DNA of 64,000 bases, from positions 114,171 through 178,170 of IMG/VR virus record IMGVR_UViG_3300020576_003495; one strand, written 5' to 3'. The notes under the pieces were generated by a model that searched no databases, was not told where the DNA came from, and saw only the letters and a list, made by a program, of their open reading frames with translations. This document shows, in pieces, positions 37,126 to 49,344 of the stretch. The stretch comes from a virus. Taxonomy: Duplodnaviria > Caudoviricetes. The position numbers and the translations under genes were made by a program. The number at the start of each line of letters is the position of its first letter. Position 1 is the stretch's first letter.

Positions 37126-38072
37126 TCCGAAGGATAGACTTGACCTGCTTGAGAAGATTGTGAATGACATGTTATTGATTCAGTTGGGTGGTGTAGATCG
37201 ACGTATCGCACACCTTGAAAGCGAGAACAAAAAACAGTGGGCGCTGTTCAAAAACCAATCCAACTTGATGGAAAGCATGCGCCGGGAGATTAAAGAGTTG
37301 AAAGAAAAAACACGCTTGGGTGCGGTGGGTGAATGAAGTACCCTGTTTATGTGGTTCGGTCTGAGCATGACAGAGATGTTATTCTTGAAGGGTGCCCATC
37401 TAACCTTGAGAGAATGGACAAGCGCGTTATAGGCTTGTTGTGGTCGGAACGTTACAGGGCGCATACCTGTAGAATCAGGGTAGATGGGGTTCGGTGCCAT
37501 CGCATTGTGTCGGTAACACCTAAAGGCGTCTATTGGGCGAGGGGTTAAATGCACCCAACGACAGGCTGTAGAGTCAAGCTGACCAAGGACATTTACGATG
37601 ATGGTGAGGATCATCATCCCCCCGGCTACATCGCGTATCTCGGGGAGACAGTTATCGTCAAAGATGTTTATGGGTCAGGGCGTATTGTTGTGGCTCATGA
37701 AGGAAATCCGGGGGGCTTTTTTGTTTACCCCGGTGAGTATGAAACAGTGGGGATTATATGAAACTGGAAATAACCAAAAATGTTAGTCAAACGGAAACCA
37801 TCGACGTGGAGTTCCCTTTCTACTACAAGAATGATATGCTGCTGGATGACATTGACTACATCATCTATGGAAAGATAGAGCCGATGTTGCACACCAAAAT
37901 CCATGTGATTAAAAACTACAGGGACAAGCGGTTTGATTTTCAACTCGAACACGAAAAGCCTAACTTTGCACAGTTGGGCTGCTATTTTGTTGATGGTGAC
38001 TATGCGAGCAACGAGGCCGAGTATCTTGCGGCAAAGACAGCACTAATCGCTGAGGCGAACGAGGCTTAACCA

Positions 38073-38378
38073 ATGGGAAGTTTATTAGAATCTCTGTTGT
38101 TCCCCACGACGCCTATTGCTCCCCCAAAAATAGCCAAGAAGAAGTTGGTGGGGATCGTAAAGAAACAAAGAAGCAGAGCAGACAATGACGACCTGATTCT
38201 ATCCAAAATGTCCAAGGACAAAGGAAAGACCACCCATGATTTAGTGGGGCTAACAGGATTGAGTATCGGCGTGGTCAGAGAGTCTTTCCGGCGTCTATCA
38301 GAGAGTGGTGCAATTACTTGCACCAGACCCTACATCCAAGGGAACGAACGACGCCATGGCCTGTGGGTTAAAAGTTAG
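38073..38378 (+). CDS. winged-HTH protein
   Basis: TTHDLVGLTGLS...RRLSESGAI...W. Confidence 0.65.
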   Translation: MGSLLESLLFPTTPIAPPKIAKKKLVGIVKKQRSRADNDDLILSKMSKDKGKTTHDLVGLTGLSIGVVRESFRRLSESGAITCTRPYIQGNERRHGLWVKS

Positions 38379-39269
38379 GGTGGGGAGTCATGAGTCTAAC
38401 AAGTGAACCATTAACACCAGTAGAAGAAGCCGCCTTCAAAAAAGGCGCACGTGCCATGTACGACTATCTTCTAATACGAATCGCAAACAACTATCACTGT
38501 CGTCATGAAGTTCAGGCTATATGTACGGCAGAGAATGATTTGGTAAAAGAATGGGCCGAGGATGCTTTGGCTGAAGTATCTCCCGAAGACTACGCTCAAT
38601 GGATTTCAATCAACGAAGCCTACACACGCGCCTACGCCCAAGGCAAGCAAGACGAACGTTCAAGCTGGCTTCGTGAGTGTGCAGAAGAGGACGATGTTGA
38701 TACCGTGGTCAGGCGCATGGGCTACGGAACAAGCCATTCACCTAAAGGATGAAACATGGAAGTATGCCCTAGCTATCCTAACGGGGTTGTTCAGTGTGCC
38801 TTTACTCTAATATTTGGGACGGGTTTAGCTGTAGTTGTCTTGCTACTCATTGCATCATTGGTGGAAGTATTATTAAACGACTAATTTTGGGGATCATAAT
38901 GTCCACTACATGCAGACTCTGTAACAAACGCGGCAGCGAACTTCGGGGGAGCTATTTAACAAGAGTCAACCCACTAGGAGAAATAGGTATATGGGAGTGT
39001 AGACCTTCCTGCACATCAAACCACACACAAGAAGAACTTCTACTCATGGCACTGGAATCAAACGACACCAGTTCGGGGGACAGTGTTAACAAAAAATCAA
39101 CACTAACCACAGAAGAAGCACTAAAACTAATGGGTGAACGAACACAGTACCCGAGCAGCATTACAGTCATCCTCAAGGGAAGAAAGGATACCCCTAAATA
39201 ATCCTTGACAAACTGTATTATGTAGGTGATAATACAAATCATAGAACATAGACATTACGGAGAATGTGA

Positions 39270-39803
39270 ATGAAAGTCAGAAACGAAGACCCAGCGCCTT
39301 ACAGAGTTGATGTTGCTGCGGCTATACAACGGCAAGAAGACAACAAGAATGCCAATGATAAATAGCGTGATGATCTGATTATTGCTAAGGCAATCAGTAT
39401 CTTAGAGAAGCGTCTGCACAAGGCAAAGGACGTGTTGGATAGCCCGAGTCTGGTTATGGACTTCCTGCGGCTTAACTATTCCTTGCTCGAACGTGAGCAC
39501 TTCGGCGTGTTCTACCTTACGGTTCAGAACGGTCTGATCAAGTACGACGTTGAATTTAACGGGACGCTATCACAGTGTTCTGTACATCCCCGTGAGATTG
39601 TAAAGAAAGCCCTCGCATTGAACGCTGGCGCTGTGGTGTTCTGCCATAACCATCCTTCGGGGCTGGCAAAGCCGAGCGGGGCGGATGTTAACCTTACTAA
39701 CTCCCTGAAAGCAGCACTTGCCTTGGTGGACGTTCGTGTTCTGGATCATCTGATCGTGGGTCAGATGGAAATGGTTTCCATGGCTGAAGCGGGGCTGATC
39801 TAA
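39270..39803 (+). CDS. radC: RadC-like JAB/MPN protein with in-frame TAG at 39363
   Basis: EREHF..HPRE..HNHPSG..PS.AD..LDHLIVG; promoter and RBS point to ATG 39270. Confidence 0.85.
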
Positions 39804-42800
39804 TGACTAGAAGCGAACTAGACGACTGCATCAGCCTGTTGGAAATAGCACGCGATGAGATTGTGTAAGGTGCCTGTAAGGTAGTCTATAGTACTACGCA
39901 TCAAGAAAGGATGCGTCATGACTGTGAAACTAAGCACCGAAACAGGCGATAAGTATTTCGACAGCGAAGAAGACTGCCTTGAGTTTTATAATGAGTACGT
40001 TCCTGCTTTTGAAATACGCAAACGTGAGGACGGTAATGAACTGTGGCATAAAACACAGAATAGGCGTGTGGGTGTGTTCTCACTCGCCCCATCCATAGGA
40101 TTCTTTTGAAAGATGTTATGCTCGACCACGAAGTAGACTTGTTGATTTTTGCAGGACGTTCCATCGGTATCGTGGGGAATGTTCACCAAGAGTCTGGCAG
40201 AGTCCATGGTATTTCACTCCCCAATATCACGCCTGATTCCGAGCCTAGATTTTGGAATCCACTGCTTGATGATGGGGACGCCGCACGCCTAAATTCTGTA
40301 CTAGCCCAATCGACCATCTGGTTCAATACTTATGTGCTTGTGGGGCGTGATGATGAGGATTCTTGCTGTGAGTTCTTCTTCAATCATGGTGGAAATAAAG
40401 ACAAAGCTTTTCGGGTTGCATCGACCAAAGCGGCTGCGGCTGTAGAACGTCACAGGGGGAAACAAGATGCCTAGCTTGCTTGTTTTCTTTTCTCTTTTTC
40501 TTTTGCTTTTTTTGGTTAGTGTTTTTCGTTTTGTTGGTTTGCTCGCACCATCCCCCGCACAGGTATGGCTATACGACTATGTAGAATTTCTTGTGCTAAT
40601 ACTACCTGTGGCGTACCTCGCGTTCTATGGTGGGCGGTGGTTCTTGCGTAAATTACAGAAATACAAGCGGATTAGTTGAAATTAATTGCAACAACTTTAA
40701 TATGGAACAGAAGAATCCCGAGGGTTGCCCGGACATTGATCCCCTTTCGATTGTGGGGGTCACTATCGTTCTTGTGTTCGGTGTCGGCGCGTTATTAGTT
40801 ATTTTTTTACAAGTAGCATTTAGTGCTTGACAAACGTAAAACGCACTAATACAATTCAGCAATACTACAACGGAGTGAAACATAATGTCAGTGTCAACGA
40901 ATGCCTATTTGTGCTATGGGGTTGTTTTTCCTGAAGAATATGAATTTCCGTGGGATGCCGCCCCCTATGAAGGTGACATTGATGAATGGTGGCTATGGCA
41001 AGTTCTGAAGTTCAAGCCAACAGTCGAGATTTTTAATGCTGAAGGCAACTTTCTCGAAGGCATGAATGAAAATCACCCGCTTTTTGAGCAGTATTTCAAA
41101 GAACAGGACACCCTAATCGCTGACAACCCACTACCTGTCGGGCTAGTCAATTGTTGTTCAGGCTCTTATCCACGGTACGTCCTCGCTATACCAAGTACCA
41201 CTAAAACAGCCCTTCGCGGTTACCCAACGTCAATCACCCTTGATGATTTTAGCGTGTCTGAAGAAGACTACAGGGCATTGCTTCAGTTCATCGTCTTGCA
41301 CAAGCTGACCTTCAAAGGAATGAATCCCGGTTGGGTTCTGGCGAGCTATTGGGGCGAGTGATGAGCCTACTGGATGACTTGGTGTTCGTTGAGCAAAGTG
41401 AAGAAGTCGCATGGCGTTGCGTGGTTAGATTAAGCACAAGTGCGTGGTCAGACAAGCGGGGGCTTCACTTCAAACAAAGCTTGACCTACTTGCGCCGGAA
41501 GTCCTGCGGCTGGAATCCGTTGGAAGATGAAGCGGATGGGGCGGGTGCGTTGAGGGCTTATGAGGCTATTATTAACCTTGCTGAGTGCAAAGACGGGCTG
41601 TACGAAGTCTTTACGTGCAATCATTCCCGTGATTGGGAGACTGGAATCTTTGATGGGTACGATTTGAAGCTGGTTCCTTTTGAGTGTGCTGAATGACCTA
41701 CAGACCCTACGTACCTGCCACGTGGAAATGTGGTGGGTGCTTAACATGGAACAACGGACTGTCCAACATCTGTAGAGGGTGCGGTAGGCACAACTAATTT
41801 TATTAGAACTGGGGGCAGCATGGATACTAGCGTAAGCAACTCTATTCTGACGATTGAAACCATACAGGGTGCTATGAAGAAGCTGAAAGATTTCCCTGAG
41901 CCTTTTGATCGCCCACGGTCGTTGTTTGGTATCAACATAGTCGAAGTACCTACTTACACGTTTCCCAAGTTAAAACTAGGAAAAGACGCCCCTGTGAGCG
42001 ACGACTTCAGGAAAGAATTCGATGCGTGGCTGCTTGAGCGCTTTGGCGTGCGCTACGAGTGTGCTGTGCCGAAGGACACGGCTTATCTGTTCCAAGATAC
42101 GTTGTTAGCCCGGTTCGACATGGTATGCAAGCTTATTAACATAAGCTAATTGAAGCTGATTGCACAAATATTAGGAGGATTCATGAACACCCTGACACCC
42201 GCACAGATTAATGAGATATTTAAGCAGTGCCTTGCTCAAGAGGCTAAAACAGGTGCCCCACAGGCGCAAGAATTTGTTGATGCCGTCATTGCGCACTGCC
42301 CAAACTGTGTGTCACGGTTCGATGAAGACGAGGTTCCCCTGTTTCGCCAAGGTGCTCCCCGGCACGAGCTAGAGGGCTACGTGGATGCTGAGTTTTGCAC
42401 ATGGGCGGTGGCCGAGATTGAGCGACTGAACAAGTTGCTCAAGATTCAGAATGATGCGGGTGTAACCTTGGTGGGGGGTAGCGATGCTTGAAGTTCTTCA
42501 GTTTGTTTTCAGCAGCTTCTGGATATGGTTGGGGACAGTGATCCTCGTGTCTGTACTTGGGAGCATGGTTTGCAATACAGTCTACGCGCTAAGGGAGAAA
42601 CATGACACCGAAACAAGCAAAAAAGCTTAGAAAAGCGATTAAGAAGCTGGTTAGGGCTAAGGTCAATCTGTCTTGGCGCGGTGCGGGGCCGCTAGAAGAA
42701 CTTGAGGGGTTGAAGTTCGCCTGTAAAAACGCCAAGCACAGGGTCAATCAGTTTATTGATGAATACACTGAGGTAGACATGCCATGTTGAAATTACTTGC

Positions 42801-45800
42801 AAAACTAAAGGATAAGCTGTTTCCCGTGAAACCCTTGGACGATTCGTGGGATCGTCGTGAGCATGATCGCGGGTGTTTTAATGACTCCCTTGGTAAGCTG
42901 TGGGAAGCGACACGACGCAAGTATCCGAACAGTGCCACCCCTAACACCGATGTATTTCTGTCGGATTATTTTCAAAAACAACGAAGCGGATCAAAATGGC
43001 CTCATTAGCCCTCTTTGCATCAACCTACCTACTCGTGTTCTGTCTGGGGCTTCAGAGTCTCGTCGTGAATCATGGTCACAAGAAGCTGGCTTTCCTGAAC
43101 AGCTTTGCCATTGGTACGGCTAACTTGGTTCTGTTCAAACTCGCCCCCGATGCACAGGGCATGGAAATCGCGGCTTACCTTTCAGGGGGGCCATTCGGGA
43201 TTGTGTCGTCCATGTACGTCTTTCACTGGTTCAAGACTAGGGGGAAGCGATGATGGTCGTCATTACGTTTAGCGGGGTTTTCGCGGCAGTGTTTGTTGTT
43301 GTGTTTGTATCTATTCTTTTGGCTTTCGAGTTTAAGTCATGGCTGAAGCAACGACGCTGCAAGCATGATGGGGGCGTTAATGAAACCTCGTCCTGTGATG
43401 CCATTTGCAGGAAGTGCCTGAAGAACTTGGGGTTCATCGGCACATGGAGAGAACAAGTTTTGAAAAGGGATTGTGATGAGCGCAGAGTCAAGTAACACAG
43501 GTGACTTCTCTTTTGGGACGGGAGACTTCACTGTTGAGGGGTATTTTTTCCCTTTGAATGTGTCGGCGGCTTCTGAGGTCAAGACTGCGAATATTCGCCT
43601 TGAGCGGACAGCACGAACATTCACAGTGCACACACAGAAGTCGATTGATGGTGTGCTGTACATGTCAACACAGGTATTTGACGAGCACAAAAGCATGCTA
43701 TCAGAGCAGTTGATTCGTGCTGACCTAGTGCGTGGGTAGATTTCGTGGATATAAGTTACCGTGATGTTGAAGTTGAGTACAAGGGTGATCGTTTTAGCCT
43801 TTTTGATTCTTACGCCTTGCGACTAACCTGCACCTGTGCCGGTGGTTGGGAGTTGTGGAATACATGGGAAGGTAAAGAAGAACTACTTGCCGGTGAGTTC
43901 GATGTGGTTCCCCTTCGGGTTTATGTTGCGGGGGTTTTGGTTTGCGGGGATGATGATTCATAAATCCCCCCATTTCTGCAAGCACTGCGAAACAGATTTT
44001 TACGTGCCTGAAGTAGAGACAGGGGATTTTTTTCTGGTGTGTCCCGAGTGTCTATGGATGCACTATCGACGGTTCGAGAAGGGCAAGGCCGTTCATTGTG
44101 ATTTGGCTGCACGACGTAACGAGCCTCTGGTTTTGAATGGCAGCAGGACACCACGGAAAGGATTTTATTAGATGGGCTGGATACGCGCTGAAGACAAGAG
44201 GCCAAAAATAGGGCAAGTTTGTCTTGTCTGTTTCAATGGGGTCGTGCAGAATGAAACCTATGTCTATGATGGTGGGGATGAGTGTCAACCGTTTTGGGCA
44301 AGGGATGAACTAGATCGCTGCCCGGAAGTAGAAGACTCTGACTTGTGGATGCCTTTGCCGAGTTACCCCACACCAATACCGCAAGCGGAATCATGGAAAC
44401 CGCACGCGGTTAAGTGGATTCGTGAAAAAGCAAAAGCACAGCAGAAGATAAACGATGACCACCCACGTCATGCAGCATGTTACCCGTCATGGGCGCAGCG
44501 TGTGTATCACATTGAACAACTGGCTCTTGAATTGGAAAAAGAAGTTGATGAGTAGGCTAATGTGTCTTTTCTTTGGGCATAAACACGGTAACGTCATGCC
44601 CGGTGATTGGTTCTTTGGAAGCAGCGGCCCTAAGACTTTGCTGTGTAGTCGATGCGGCAAAATAAGTGTGATGGTTTAAACAGGAGTAACACTATGTCAA
44701 AAACGTATGATGAAGCAAAGGCGAAACTTCTAGCCGCACTCCCTTATTTACGCCATGGTATTGCCGAGGCGAACAAAGAGGGTACGGCGCAGATAGGCAT
44801 TATCTCCACCCACCCGAACGGTGCGGGGCGGGTTGTGTTGGGGTTTGTGGTGGACGAGTTCATTAGTGATCTTGAAGTCGTTCTTAACGCCCCACCACAG
44901 ACGGCTGAAGACGAGGCACAGGCCAAGGCGGTAAAGTTTTTGGATCAACATGGCTTGAGATTGGGGACGTGATGGTGCTGGATAACAAAGTGCTGGAAGA
45001 CATTAAGCGTTTTGCTGTTGAGCGGCTTACTCAGGAGCATGGCTATTGTGGCGTGGCTGTATGTAGCCAAAGTGCATATCTCAACTCGGGCAGCGGCGAA
45101 GAAAAATTAACAATTACGTTCGAGACGATCAAAGAAGGGGGCTAGAAATGCAGTACCTACTGACAGAAGAAGAATTTCAAAACAGGGTGCCGAAGATAAC
45201 GCTGTATCCCCTCGAAACGGCTTTGAGTGTAGCTAGACAAAAGCTGCTAGACCTTACGGAATTTCCCTGCATACACGCAACGGCTAGTCAGAATGAATAT
45301 TGTGATCTTTGCCCGTGTATAGTCACCCGTAAAGAAAAAGATGCGATGGGGATTTTTTCTGACAAGGTTGAAATTTGCCGTTTGGATAAAAATTACAGTA
45401 GGTAGCTTGCTGGTGTAGTCTACCCAAATTTAGGGGTATTGGACATGCCTACAGGTATTGATGTTGTAGAGCTAGCGGTTGACGTGCATGAGGTCGCTGA
45501 GGCTGAGGTAGGTGTATCGCCTTCATGGAATCGACGTGCCGACAGAACTACATACCCACAGGCTTTTATTGAAGCAAAACAACAACTAGCCGTATTGTCT
45601 GAGTTCATCCTGTCTTTGGACTGGTCGGAGACAGCGATTCCTGATAATATATTTCATATCATAGCTAAACAGGTAGAAGAACTTCATGTTTCAAATAAGA
45701 AAGTATGTAGCCCACGGTGATGTCATCCCCCCGTGGTACGGTATTGCTTGGCATGATTTTTACAGGGATTGGGCGGTATGCTATCCGATGCCTGTAAACA

Positions 45801-46133
45801 TGGTTGCTGGTGTGCTGTACGTGGTTTATTTGTGGCTCAGGCATGGCCGTAAGGGTGTGTGTAATGATCCCCTTGCGGCTTACTCGCAGGGCTATCGTGA
45901 TGGTAAAAACCTTAGATTAGAGAAAGGATTGTAATGCCTACAAGAAGCAACCCTATCCCCCGTAATCTGTACGATGAATTCGCCAGCTACTTGGACTATG
46001 CCTTCAATTCTGACAAGTCGGATGGGGGCTGGTTTCAAACGCTGGAAGATGATGCAAGACGTTTCATGGAAGAACACAATATCATGGGTAATCCCAATGA
46101 TGCGGTGAATCAGTTTCTTCGTAGGGGTAGTCA

Positions 46134-46757
46134 ATGATCCCCGCAGTGATCCCAGCAGTGATCCCACCACTCCCCACCGAAGAAGAAGTCGAAGCCTCTG
46201 TTGCAAGTAATTTCAAAAAGCTTGAGGATGCTCATGGGGATGAATTAGCCCACCTGTTGAATGGGGGGCTTAAATCCATTGTTTTATCAAAGCGTCCTTT
46301 TGCAAAAAAACACCAGCAGATTCGATTCATTGTTGATCGTGCCGCAGAACTGGTTGCGCCTATTTCCGCGTGTAAGAAGGGTTGTTCCATGTGCTGCAAC
46401 ATGGCGGTGACGATCAGTTCTCACGAAGCCAAGCTGATTGGGGATGCGATTGGACGAGTTCCTCAAGTTGTCGGGATGGAGACTGATCCCGACGTACTTG
46501 CAAGTCTTTACTTGAATGTCCCCTGCACGTTTCTAATAAATAACGAGTGTTCGATTTACGAGCATCGTCCTTCTCCGTGCAGAACACATTTCAACATCTC
46601 GGACTACCCCCAACTCTGCGACACGGTGAATTACAACGGAACGATGGTGCCCAAAGTCAATTTTCATGCGGTCGAGCTTAGCCTTGCGGTGATAAACTAC
46701 AAAAAGGGCAATGTGTTCAACGACATCAGGGCGTTCTTTCCAAAGGCTGCGGCATGA
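46134..46757 (+). CDS. YkgJ-family CxxCxxCC cysteine-cluster protein
   Basis: CKKGCSMCC..PCTFL..CSIYEHRP..CR. Confidence 0.85.
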   Translation: MIPAVIPAVIPPLPTEEEVEASVASNFKKLEDAHGDELAHLLNGGLKSIVLSKRPFAKKHQQIRFIVDRAAELVAPISACKKGCSMCCNMAVTISSHEAKLIGDAIGRVPQVVGMETDPDVLASLYLNVPCTFLINNECSIYEHRPSPCRTHFNISDYPQLCDTVNYNGTMVPKVNFHAVELSLAVINYKKGNVFNDIRAFFPKAAA

Positions 46758-47161
46758 TGATCAGACCAACATACAAAGGGCGTATCAAGGCGGGTACGCT
46801 GTGTGGTCAGGACTTTACGTGCTTTTTTTGGCCGTCATTACCCGGTAAAGGGAAGGTTGATCCCGACATGGTTTTCGACATGGAGTTCACTCCCTTCTCC
46901 ATTATCTGCCGTGCGAAAGGCTTCGGTGTTATGGGGGACTATGGAAACGGCGCTATTTTTCTAAACAACAGGAAAGCGCTGCCTAATGTAGCCCGACTCA
47001 ATGGTATATTATCTCCACCATGCTCGATCATTTCATAGCCACAGCATCACACCAAAGGACAGAGTGGGAACTAGCAGGCTATTGGTTTTTTGGAGAAGAT
47101 CGTTTTGTTTCCCTTGAAGAAGCAGAACAGAATTTCGATGAGCAGGAGAAAATGTCTTTGC

Positions 47162-47530
47162 TCAAACCGCTGTACATGGTGGATGATTCGAGAGCACTCG
47201 TAGGTTTGGTGGCTGTTTAGCCATTCTTTCCTGCATCAACTCACGTTCTAAGCGATACTTTGTTTCTAGCAGGTAATCGTTGTACTGTGCTAGTTCCTCT
47301 GTCTTTTTGTTTAGCAGCTTGATCTGATCGTCATGCTCTTTATGCAGTCTTTCATCCCGCACCTTAAGGGCAGTCTCCCACCAATCGTCCTCTGACAGTT
47401 GTGCAGAGATGGGGTCGGTCATCAAAGCTTCCTCAAGGCGCTGCGTAAGAAGATTGCAGTGAGCGACGAGAATAGCCTCTCTATCGGACAGTGTTTCGAG
47501 CAGCGGAATCAGGGCAATTTCATGGCTCAT
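47162..47530 (-). CDS. coiled-coil hypothetical protein
   Basis: AGGAG RBS on the minus strand. Confidence 0.65.
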   Translation of the reverse strand: MSHEIALIPLLETLSDREAILVAHCNLLTQRLEEALMTDPISAQLSEDDWWETALKVRDERLHKEHDDQIKLLNKKTEELAQYNDYLLETKYRLERELMQERMAKQPPNLRVLSNHPPCTAV

Positions 47531-48334
47531 GGCGTTCTCCTATAGTTAGTGCTTCATAGTATACTGTGCTAGTGTGTCTTCTAAGGATCAACCATGCTAT
47601 TTTTAGTGCTTTGGTTATTGGCCGTCGTCGTTTTTGCTTTGCTGGTGCTGAACAAGAGCCTGAGCAAAGCAGAGTCCTTGGTTTATTCCATCGCTGCGCT
47701 GGTTGTTGTTCTTTTGCTAGCCTACCCGAAGATTATCGCCCGTGTTATTAGTGGTGTGGTCGCTTTATTCGCCCAATGAAGGTAATTGCAAATGAGTCTC
47801 TTGTTCCCCCACATAAACAGCCAGCTTTTTAGAAGAAGTTCGTTCGGAGTACGGCTTCGTGGGGAGAAGTTGTTTCAAAGAGACTTCTCTAAGTATCACG
47901 CCAAAGAAAGATTAGGTCGCTACTATCTGTGTGACTGCACAGGATACATCCGAGTCGGGGATCGAAAGATACGCATCACAGAACGGAGAACCTACGTGTC
48001 GGGGAGCGATAGTATGCGCTTCTGGATACGACGCCAAAACAAGAGGCCATGATGAGTCAATACCAAACTCGCTTTCAGGGAACACGCCTAGAAGGTACCC
48101 ACTCCATGAAATACCACACAGCAGATAGAAACGGTCGTTTTTATTTGTGTGGCTGCATGCCGTGTTTTAGGGTGGGGGATCGTATTGTCATGAGTTGGGC
48201 AAAGCGCTACAAGATAGCGGGGATCAAAAGAAGGTAAGTAATCATTAGGTAGCCCTGCCTGCTGCTAGAATCTGAGAGTACAAAAGTAACCCTACTTTAG
48301 CCTCACTTTCAGTTTTTATTAGAAGGAAATAACC

Positions 48335-48766
48335 ATGGCAAATACCCTATACGATGTTGCGCGTCAGGCATTTCTTACAAAGCAAATTGACTGGGTGGGC
48401 GATACCATTAAGTGTGCTTTGATTGATTCTACGTACTCCCCCAACTTCAGTACCCACGTCAGTCTGGCTGACGTTTCTGCTACGGCTTTTGTTGCCCCTA
48501 CGCCGAACACTCAAGCAGGGTCGACGCTTGCTTCTCGTGCTGCCGTAGCAGGAGCCGCTAATGCCGCATCGTTGACATTCTCATCCGTAGTCTCAGCAGA
48601 CCAAGGTAAAGCCTTGCTTCTGTACAAAGATGACGGTTCGGGTGTGTTGACCAACTTTACTCTGATTGCGTATATCGACGCAGCGACAGGTCTACCCATC
48701 ACACCGAATGGCGGTGACATAATCGTGGTGTGGGACACAGGAGTCAACAAGATTTTTAGGCTTTGA
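48335..48766 (+). CDS. putative virion structural (tail-associated) protein
   Basis: MAN.LY...LIAYID...P.TPNGGDI...W pattern; AAGGA RBS. Confidence 0.7.
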   Translation: MANTLYDVARQAFLTKQIDWVGDTIKCALIDSTYSPNFSTHVSLADVSATAFVAPTPNTQAGSTLASRAAVAGAANAASLTFSSVVSADQGKALLLYKDDGSGVLTNFTLIAYIDAATGLPITPNGGDIIVVWDTGVNKIFRL

Positions 48767-48899
48767 GTTATAAATCAATGACTTAGCTCGCTTTTTAATG
48801 ATATTTGGGTAGTAGTGCATAAAACTGAAAAGTGTTGCAAAGTCTATTGGTGTGTTATAAACCTGCGGCAAGACTTTTGAGCGGCCCCATGGTAAGTTC

Positions 48900-49280
48900 A
48901 TGACGTACTGCTCTAGGTCATGCGCCTTGCTTAAAAATAGGAACGGGCAAAAGGGTTTGAGCGACGTTAGCCCGGATGGTACGACTAGAGTGCACAGTGC
49001 TGGCTACATCCAAGAGAAGCGACAAGGCGTATGGGTTATGCAGCATCGCTTAGTCGTTGGTGCCTCGTTGGGTAGGGTGTTGGAAAAGAATGAACGTGTT
49101 CATCACAAAAACGGGAATCGTGCGGATAACTCACCCAACAATTTAGAGTTATGGGTTCCTGTGTGTTCTTCTAAAAAAGACCCCCACGGGGTAAGGTTGA
49201 TTGATAAGATGCTTGACATGGCTAAAGGGCTGACTGCCGAAGAGCGCTTGCAAGTAATTGCATCGTTAAAAGACTATTAG
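48900..49280 (+). CDS. HNH homing endonuclease
   Basis: QHRLV..LGR.L...E.VHHKNGNRADN...NLEL. Confidence 0.9.
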   Translation: MTYCSRSCALLKNRNGQKGLSDVSPDGTTRVHSAGYIQEKRQGVWVMQHRLVVGASLGRVLEKNERVHHKNGNRADNSPNNLELWVPVCSSKKDPHGVRLIDKMLDMAKGLTAEERLQVIASLKDY

Positions 49281-49304
49281 AATGCTGTGGTGGGAAGTAC
49301 AATA

Positions 49305-49329
49305 AAGCCAGCCGCGTGCTGGCTTTTTT
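49305..49329 (+). terminator. intrinsic terminator
   Basis: AAAGCCAGC-CGCGT-GCTGGCTTTTTT. Confidence 0.8.
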
Positions 49330-49344
49330 ATTTGGGGATTTTAT

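Larger units (their letters stand above)
25036..48237 (+). other. dense cluster of small co-oriented early-type hypothetical genes
   Basis: Many 50-200 aa + strand ORFs coupled by ATGA overlaps; TTGACAAA promoters at 25036, 25245, 26548, 29316, 31144, 34000, 35580, 39205, 40827. Confidence 0.8.
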
